From NCBI GenBank assembly GCA_964364105.1, contig CAYILI010000001.1, forward strand, positions 14,465 to 78,464: DNA of 64,000 bases, given 5' to 3'. The DNA comes from an uncultured Gammaproteobacteria bacterium. GTDB taxonomy: Bacteria > Patescibacteriota > Microgenomatia > Levybacterales > UBA12049. The notes below the pieces were generated by a model that saw only the letters and a program-made list of their open reading frames with translations, did not search any database and was not told the DNA's origin. How positions within the stretch are numbered: the first letter of the stretch is position 1; each line of letters starts with the position of its first letter. Of this stretch, positions 58,008 to 64,000 are shown one piece after another. The position numbers were made by a program, and so were the translations under genes.

Positions 58008-58277
58008 TTATTTAAGGCTAAATTTGAACTCATTTATTTTTAAATAATACAGTACTAAAGAAATCATTAGCAATACCGACGAGAAAATTGAAACATAGAT
58101 AATCTGACTGAAAGTTGAGTGGAAAATCCACATTAAAATTATCTGAACAAACGCAAATAAAAGCGTGATTAAAAATACTTTTGTTTTTTTAATAGAGAGA
58201 AAAAAGCTGATGAACACATTATTAACGCTATAGATTGTAAGAAATATTCCGAAGAGTCCTAGATATGGGGCAATCAT
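58008..58277 (-). CDS. C-terminal 2-3 TM segment that probably belongs to the upstream Wzx-like flippase (split ORF)
   Basis: The 89-aa hydrophobic ORF starts at ATG 58275-58277, which shares nt 58277 with the TAA stop (58277-58279) of the flippase ORF in a TAATG junction. Confidence 0.4.
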   Translation of the reverse strand: MIAPYLGLFGIFLTIYSVNNVFISFFLSIKKTKVFLITLLFAFVQIILMWIFHSTFSQIIYVSIFSSVLLMISLVLYYLKINEFKFSLK

Positions 58278-59368
58278 TAAGTAATCCCCTCTCCTAAAAA
58301 CAGTGAAACGGTAAAGTTGGAAAACAGGAAGTAAAAACCTGTCATAAAAATTGATGGTACAAGAACAAGAGCAAGGGCAATATAAAAAAGATTGTTATAG
58401 TTTTCTTTATTTGTATGGCGCTTAACAATTAATGGAAACATAGCAATTGGAATTGGTCCAGTAAAATAGAAAATTACTTTTCCAATTAAAGAAAGTCCTC
58501 CGTAAAATCCTGCATCATGTGAATTAAAGAAATGTTTAACAATTAAAACATCCGTTGAAATAAAGGATGATAAAGAAAAGATTGCGATCGACGTAGGAAC
58601 TGCATATAGAGCTATGTCTGACCTACCTATATTTACTTTTTTACTTGCTCCACGAATTACCTTTCTTAGAACCACCAAACTGATCATAAACCCTATTATT
58701 GAAGAGATAATAACAGCGCCTAATGCTCCAAAAACCTTAAATCCTAAAACTATAAAAAGTACGCCAAATGCAAGCTTTCCTATTCCCCCCAACAGATAAA
58801 GGATGCCTAAAAGTTTAAATCTTAACATACTTTGAACAAATGCCATATTTAAAGTCGCAATGTAAAAAATTGCTATTGAAAATCCAACCATAATAACTAG
58901 TCCAATCTCATCAATTCTTAAGAATGACATAATTAGCCCAGACACTAAAACAATCCCAATATTAAGAACTGCACTGAAGATCAGTATGTATTTAAATGCT
59001 TTAATGTAAAATGCTCCAGCTCTTTCATTTTCATTTTTAGAGAAAAATTGCGCCGCGTATCTAACGATTACTGATGACAACGAACTTGCAGGAATTGTTA
59101 CGAGAGTTATTAAAGACATTAGGCTCGCAAATGTTCCGTAGTCTGAATAGCTTAAGCTTCTTGCAAAATAAACATTTAGGATAAATGCAAGAAAACTTGA
59201 TGCAGTAGTTCCAATAAGCACAAAAAAACTCCCAGAAATTAAATCATGCTTTATGCTTCTTCTTATTATTTTTTTTATTTTATCCATTACTTGTTTCAGA
59301 AATCTTTTTGTATACTTCATAAGTTTCCATTGCTGTTTTTTCCCATGTGAATTTTTTAGCATTTTCAA
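58277..59368 (-). CDS. Wzx-like polysaccharide flippase (MOP superfamily). Appears truncated at about 10 TM and continues in the next ORF. The real start is probably the internal Met (MDKIKK) near 59287.
   Basis: The SGSFFVLIGTTASSFLAFILNVYFARSLSYSDYGTFASLMSLI pattern is typical of Wzx/PST-family N-termini. Confidence 0.55.
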   Translation of the reverse strand: MKMLKNSHGKKQQWKLMKYTKRFLKQVMDKIKKIIRRSIKHDLISGSFFVLIGTTASSFLAFILNVYFARSLSYSDYGTFASLMSLITLVTIPASSLSSVIVRYAAQFFSKNENERAGAFYIKAFKYILIFSAVLNIGIVLVSGLIMSFLRIDEIGLVIMVGFSIAIFYIATLNMAFVQSMLRFKLLGILYLLGGIGKLAFGVLFIVLGFKVFGALGAVIISSIIGFMISLVVLRKVIRGASKKVNIGRSDIALYAVPTSIAIFSLSSFISTDVLIVKHFFNSHDAGFYGGLSLIGKVIFYFTGPIPIAMFPLIVKRHTNKENYNNLFYIALALVLVPSIFMTGFYFLFSNFTVSLFLGEGIT

Positions 59369-60347
59369 ATCCCATCTTAATTAGCTTATCTCGTAGATCA
59401 TGGTCTTCAAGAACTTTTTCAATTCCATCTTTAATTGAGTCGATGCTAAGCGGATCAACATAATAAGCCGCTTTCCCCGCTACTTCTGGGAGTGAACCTG
59501 ATTTCGAAGTAATAACTGGACAACCTGACTGCATTGCTTCGAGAATTGGCAGCCCAAACCCTTCATACAGAGACGGCATACAAAGAGCTATGGCTGCATT
59601 ATAAAGTCCTACAAGATCTTCATTTTCAACAAATCCCAGTGAAATAATATTTTTGTTTCTAGCGGCTAATTCTTGAGATTTCTTAAGGTCTTTATTCCAT
59701 AAATTACTTTTGTCATAATCCTCATTTTCAAAAGCTTGTCCCACAATTACAAGCGGATAACTAGTCCGATTTACTGCCTCAATTAACCTTGGGAGATTTT
59801 TATTTGATGTAACATCGCCTACATAAAGCGCAAACTTCTGTGGAAGATTAAATTTCCTTATAATCTCCCGCTTTTTTTCATCTGAAACTGGTCTAAAATG
59901 CTTTCCTGCTGCGAGATATATCACTTTTATCTTAGATTCATTATAATTTGTGACCTTAACAATATCTTTCTTCGAGGACTCTGAGTCGGTAATAATAAAA
60001 TCTGAATTTTTAAGAATTTGTTTTTGAATTTGCCACTTCACTTCGCCTTTTAATCCTGATGGAAAATCATCCCTAAAAACTATTGGAGTTAAATCGTGAA
60101 CTGTAATTATTGTTTTAACAGGCTTTCTTAAAGAAAGTGTTAAAAAAAATGGTTCAAAATATGGATAATGAATTAGATCAATTTTCTTATCTAATTTATC
60201 CCCTCTTTTTGTGAAGACAAACTCATCTTCACCATATTTGTCCAGAAGAGCCTCTTTTAGGTTATTTAGATAAAATCCTGTTCCTCTTACTCTATGCTGA
60301 AGAAAATGACCTGATGTAATAGGAGATATATCAATTGCTACCTTCAT
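59280..60347 (-). CDS. Glycosyltransferase family 4
   Basis: [15 protein letters not shown]...[27 protein letters not shown]. The ATG is supplied by the J3 element. Confidence 0.75.
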   Translation of the reverse strand: MKVAIDISPITSGHFLQHRVRGTGFYLNNLKEALLDKYGEDEFVFTKRGDKLDKKIDLIHYPYFEPFFLTLSLRKPVKTIITVHDLTPIVFRDDFPSGLKGEVKWQIQKQILKNSDFIITDSESSKKDIVKVTNYNESKIKVIYLAAGKHFRPVSDEKKREIIRKFNLPQKFALYVGDVTSNKNLPRLIEAVNRTSYPLVIVGQAFENEDYDKSNLWNKDLKKSQELAARNKNIISLGFVENEDLVGLYNAAIALCMPSLYEGFGLPILEAMQSGCPVITSKSGSLPEVAGKAAYYVDPLSIDSIKDGIEKVLEDHDLRDKLIKMGFENAKKFTWEKTAMETYEVYKKISETSNG

Positions 60348-60411
60348 CCCGTTAGAAAAGCCTCCTTCTGTGATATTTCAAATTTGGAATATATTATTTT
60401 TCTAATAGGAC
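60346..60411 (-). repeat. Intercistronic inverted-repeat element J3 (a diverged copy of J1)
   Basis: mRNA sense: TGAGTCCTATTAGAAAAA-(loop)-GAAGGAGGCTTTTCTAACGGGATGAAGGTAG. The 3' 35 nt are nearly identical to J1. The 5' arm differs at 3 positions, 2 of which keep pairing as G-U. Confidence 0.55.
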
Positions 60412-62061
60412 TCATTTCTTAATTTTAATGTATTTATCCCACATAAACAAACAAAATAAAGTGAGTGCGGAAAAAATAGTAATGACAAGTGAGATAGTCT
60501 GGAGTTTGGTACTTTTCAAAACTACTTCAAGAATGTGTTCGCCACTTGGGACTCTTACCTTAAAGATTCCGTCCTTTGTGATTACTGCGGGAACGGTGGC
60601 TCCATCAATCTTTACTATCCAGCCAGGGAAATGGGCTATATTTATTAAAACTTCCCCTTCCCTACTCCCCTTCAAAATAAATTTTTCTTTTGTTACGTTG
60701 CTTGAAATTGGGTTAATCTTAAAACTATTCGATAATACTCTTTCTTTTGCTGTAGGGAGTTTTGCGTTGAAATTAAGCGTGTTAAAAACATTCCCAGGAC
60801 TATTTGTACCATAAATGAAGTTCTCTCTTTTTAGGTAGTACTGATCATCTCTAATGTGGTGGAATGGTGCCTTAATGTAATTTATTGAAAACCCGATAGA
60901 AAACACTATCAGCGATATTGAGATAATTATCCTCAAGTGTTTACTTTTTATTAATTTTTCAGATACTATAAATCCCGCTAAAAAGGATGAAGCTAAAATC
61001 ACAACGCTTAAAAGTCTCCATGGAAATTGAATATAAGAAACAAAAGGAACATTTTTCCAGACAAATTCAGACAAAGGTGTTATTAAAAAAACCGTAAAAA
61101 TAAATATGAACAAGAAGTACCCAATTATATTAATTCTTTTTTTTAAGATAAAAATAAGTAAACAAACTATGACTACTAAAATATTTGCAATACCAATTTG
61201 AAATGACATTTGATCTGGAACATTTATCCCCGAAAAACCATATCCCCAGGAAGAATAAATTAATTTATAGATAACCGGAAAATGCTGGGTTGGATCAAAA
61301 ATTTGAAGCCCTCTGACGTATTTAGTTTCGAGAATTGCAGGCAGCCAAAAAATTGCTGAAAGTCCAGTTCCCAAAACTGAAATAAAAATCGCAGAACTAA
61401 ATTCCTTTAATTTATTTCGAGCATTTTGTTTTTTAATAAAAGACTGAAAAAATGCATATGAAAGAAAAAAAGCAAAAAATACAACCGCCAGGATATTATG
61501 CGCAAGAACGATAAGAGCCATCGAGAATGATGAAAACACAAAATATTTTATTTTTCTTGATTCGAAATATGATTGATATCCCCATAAAAGGATTGGAGCT
61601 AAACCAAGACTCCACACTTCCCCTACAGAACCCCTAACATATATATCTAGGAGATGGTAAGGTGAGTAAGCATAAAAAACAGTGCTAACCAATGCCCCCC
61701 ATTCGCCCCAAAACTTTTTAGTCCATAGATAAAAGAAAATTGACCCTATAATTGTCGCAAAAATCATATTTAACTTTAAAGATTCTATAAAACTAAATCC
61801 CAGTAAATGAGTAAATGCTGCTACATAATTAGGCAGCGGATAAACATAATTAAAAAGTGGAATTCCGTAGCCATTATTAAAGTCTTGTGCCCATCTGGGA
61901 TAGAGTGTTCCTTCGTTTATAGACTTAAAAAACTGCTCAAATCTAAGAACATGGAACTCTCCATCATGAGTTGGCGGAAGTCCGGGTTTCAGAAGAGAAA
62001 TTACAGAAAACAACGATATGAATATTGAAGCAATTAAAAATTTATAATTACTTATTTTCAT
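60412..62061 (-). CDS. Polytopic GT-C-like membrane protein (549 aa)
   Basis: N-terminal PTHDGEFHVLRFEQF...LYPRWAQDFNNGYGIPLFNYVYPLPNY motif followed by about 12 TM helices and a C-terminal extracytoplasmic domain. Confidence 0.4.
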   Translation of the reverse strand: MKISNYKFLIASIFISLFSVISLLKPGLPPTHDGEFHVLRFEQFFKSINEGTLYPRWAQDFNNGYGIPLFNYVYPLPNYVAAFTHLLGFSFIESLKLNMIFATIIGSIFFYLWTKKFWGEWGALVSTVFYAYSPYHLLDIYVRGSVGEVWSLGLAPILLWGYQSYFESRKIKYFVFSSFSMALIVLAHNILAVVFFAFFLSYAFFQSFIKKQNARNKLKEFSSAIFISVLGTGLSAIFWLPAILETKYVRGLQIFDPTQHFPVIYKLIYSSWGYGFSGINVPDQMSFQIGIANILVVIVCLLIFILKKRINIIGYFLFIFIFTVFLITPLSEFVWKNVPFVSYIQFPWRLLSVVILASSFLAGFIVSEKLIKSKHLRIIISISLIVFSIGFSINYIKAPFHHIRDDQYYLKRENFIYGTNSPGNVFNTLNFNAKLPTAKERVLSNSFKINPISSNVTKEKFILKGSREGEVLINIAHFPGWIVKIDGATVPAVITKDGIFKVRVPSGEHILEVVLKSTKLQTISLVITIFSALTLFCLFMWDKYIKIKK

Positions 62062-63175
62062 TTCTTAAGATTTTTTTTGAAATATTTTTAAAATCTTTTA
62101 ATAAATATAATAAGAATCCAATTATTGGTGTGTAAGTTGCAAGAATTTTAATTAAAGGTGTTATTCCAAAATGAGTTCCTAGATACATAAAAGGCACATA
62201 TCTAAGCATCAAACCAAAGGATAGCACAAAACCCAATATCTTAAGTTTCTTATTGTTTGTTAGGGCAATAAAAGTAAAAAACCATATTCCATACCATGGA
62301 TATATTTCTTCTCTTATTGGAGAGAGTAATAACACGATAAGCATTAAAAGTGCACTAGATATGTAAATTTTTTCCCAGTTAATTTTTCTTTTTTTAATTT
62401 TCTGAAAAATATAATAAACAAAAACTGGAATAAGAAATATTGTGGCGTATTTTATAAAAATCGAGATAATTAAAAAACCAAGCGCTAGATAGACTTTTTC
62501 TTTTTTTAAAAAATAAATTGAAAGAATCGCAAAAAACATCATGGAAACATCATTATGTCCTGAAACAAATGTTTCAATTAAAACTAACGGGCTTAAAGCA
62601 AAATATGCTACGTTTTCAGTTTTCCCGGTCAATTTATAAATCAAATATAATATTCCAAAATAAAAAGCCACTACAAAAAGCTTTAAGTTAAATAAAGTGA
62701 AAATAAAATTATTAAATCCCAGTAAATAAGGAAGGCCTGTCATGATCACCCATGAAGGACCATATAATGCCACTTTATTCGCTGCATGGGTAAAGCTTAA
62801 ATATGGATCTCCTAAAAATTCAATTGGCATCACTATAAATGGATTCTCCTGGTACCAGACTAAAATTTTAGCTGTGAAAATATAATTAAAAATGTCATAT
62901 GACAAAATCGCAGGATAAGATAAGAATAAGAAAACCACAGAAAGAATAATGAGATTCATTAGAATTTTTTGATTAATATTTCTTAAGAAGAAAAAATAAA
63001 AGAGAAAAAATACAGAAATAAAAACCACATAAATAATACTTACCAACTCTCTATTGTGATTTGCAAAACCAGTATAGATACTTTCCATGTAAATCAAATT
63101 TAGATCTACAAATAAATATGTAAAAAGAGTAAATCCTAAGAGAAATATCCCGTAGCCTAAAATCAATACTTTCAT
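62048..63175 (-). CDS. Polytopic membrane protein (375 aa), possibly a DUF2029/GT-C-like mannosyltransferase
   Basis: About 10-11 TM helices. No soluble catalytic domain. Context only. Confidence 0.3.
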   Translation of the reverse strand: MKVLILGYGIFLLGFTLFTYLFVDLNLIYMESIYTGFANHNRELVSIIYVVFISVFFLFYFFFLRNINQKILMNLIILSVVFLFLSYPAILSYDIFNYIFTAKILVWYQENPFIVMPIEFLGDPYLSFTHAANKVALYGPSWVIMTGLPYLLGFNNFIFTLFNLKLFVVAFYFGILYLIYKLTGKTENVAYFALSPLVLIETFVSGHNDVSMMFFAILSIYFLKKEKVYLALGFLIISIFIKYATIFLIPVFVYYIFQKIKKRKINWEKIYISSALLMLIVLLLSPIREEIYPWYGIWFFTFIALTNNKKLKILGFVLSFGLMLRYVPFMYLGTHFGITPLIKILATYTPIIGFLLYLLKDFKNISKKILRNENK

Positions 63176-63702
63176 AAAACGCTATTTCTTGTGTTTATCG
63201 AACTTTCTATTATTTCTTTTAATTTTAAATTTGTACGAGTTGAATCTTCCGGATTCCAATCTACCTCCTCTGGCAAATGTTCCCCCAAATGCCCCAGTGT
63301 TTCCATGTGTTTTCTGGAAGCTTCCTTGAGCTTTAGTTCTCGTTCTGAAATATCTTTTCCATTTCTCTTAGCATTTTCAAGGTTAGGATAAATTTTCCCA
63401 AAATATTCATCTGATTTTTTAAGGGCATTTGTCGCAAGTAAATACTGCTTATAATCAAATAATATTTTTGCTTCTACTAAATAATGATCTGATTCCTTAA
63501 GATTGTAGTCGTACTTACCGAAGTCTCCAAAGTAAATATATTTACTTATTTTAGAGATAATTAGCCTAGGCTGATAAAAAAAATTACCCGGCATGTAGGA
63601 AGGGTAAGGAAGTACATAACTTGATTCAGCAAATACAAATCGTGGGATTGTTAAGTTAAGAGAGAAGATTACAAGAAAAATTAAAAGTATTTTCTTAACC
63701 AT
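63172..63702 (-). CDS. Secreted hypothetical protein (signal peptide, 176 aa)
   Basis: MVKKILLIFLVIFSLNLTIPRFVFA signal-like N-terminus. Confidence 0.35.
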   Translation of the reverse strand: MVKKILLIFLVIFSLNLTIPRFVFAESSYVLPYPSYMPGNFFYQPRLIISKISKYIYFGDFGKYDYNLKESDHYLVEAKILFDYKQYLLATNALKKSDEYFGKIYPNLENAKRNGKDISERELKLKEASRKHMETLGHLGEHLPEEVDWNPEDSTRTNLKLKEIIESSINTRNSVL

Positions 63703-64000
63703 TTTTACTATGCCACTGCCAAGCGGTTTTTACAATTGTTTCAATATCTGAATATTTTGCTTCAAAACCTAATTCCCCCCTAATCCTTGATGGATCTGCA
63801 ATAAGTCTGTCTGCGTCCCCGGGTCTTCTTGGACAAGCTTCTACATCGGTAGTTAAACCACTTATATTCATCACTGTCTCAATCACTTCTTTGTTAGATA
63901 CCCCTTTTCCAGTGCCTACATTATAAAAATACCCGCCACTATTATTTAAAACTTTATTAAGAGCTAAAATATGAGCTTCTACTAGATCTAATACATGTAT
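63695..64000 (-). CDS. galE: UDP-glucose 4-epimerase GalE, C-terminal part only. The N-terminus lies beyond the window end.
   Basis: Translated through the window end with no stop: IHVLDLVEAHILALNK...YNVGTGKGVSNKEVIETVMNISGL...CPRRPGDADRLIADPSRIRGELGFEAKY...AWQWHSKN. This matches the GalE C-terminus. Confidence 0.8.
   Translation of the reverse strand: MHVLDLVEAHILALNKVLNNSGGYFYNVGTGKGVSNKEVIETVMNISGLTTDVEACPRRPGDADRLIADPSRIRGELGFEAKYSDIETIVKTAWQWHSKNG

Overview
The window is AT-rich (about 30% GC), gene-dense, and almost entirely transcribed on the minus strand. This is compatible with a small-genome, CPR/Patescibacteria-like bacterium, but that is inference from composition and gene content only.

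Positions 1-10.2 kb hold a compact cell-wall/division (dcw-type) block: mraZ, rsmH, ftsL-like, ftsI, two Mur ligases, murC, murA, a small sugar-1-P nucleotidyltransferase and the 5' part of mraY. It is followed by a membrane-anchored hypothetical, a hypothetical at 10973-11416, glycyl-tRNA synthetase and recO.

From about 13.4 kb to the window end there is a roughly 50-kb surface-glycan assembly locus. It contains a polyprenyl-phosphate sugar transferase, a ManC-like GDP-mannose pyrophosphorylase, a GDP-mannose 3,5-epimerase-like enzyme, three other SDR epimerase/reductases, a DegT-family enzyme carrying the His-for-Lys signature of sugar 3-dehydratases, three methyltransferases, two hexapeptide acetyltransferases, an SGNH esterase, about ten GT4 and six GT2 glycosyltransferases, a Wzx-like flippase split in two ORFs, and at least nine large polytopic GT-C-like membrane proteins. 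The latter include a 1077-aa O-antigen-ligase/GT-C fusion and a tandemly duplicated two-gene membrane module. The 3' end of galE lies at the window end.

The most unusual sequence-level signals are four:
- Two diverged copies of a 282/283-bp miniature element with perfect 14-bp terminal inverted repeats, each encoding an 85-aa GIY-YIG nuclease and each ending immediately 5' of a downstream start codon. They bracket a rearranged segment that holds a truncated GT4 gene and a GC-richer HD-domain gene.
- A family of three roughly 70-80-nt intercistronic inverted-repeat elements with conserved ends, TGAATCCCGTTAG...CTAACGGGATG. They run from the stop codon of one gene to the SD/ATG of the next, and their arms resemble the GIY-YIG element TIRs.
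- A perfect 60-bp in-frame tandem duplication.
- Two heptanucleotide microsatellites inside coding regions.

No rRNA, tRNA or CRISPR was found.
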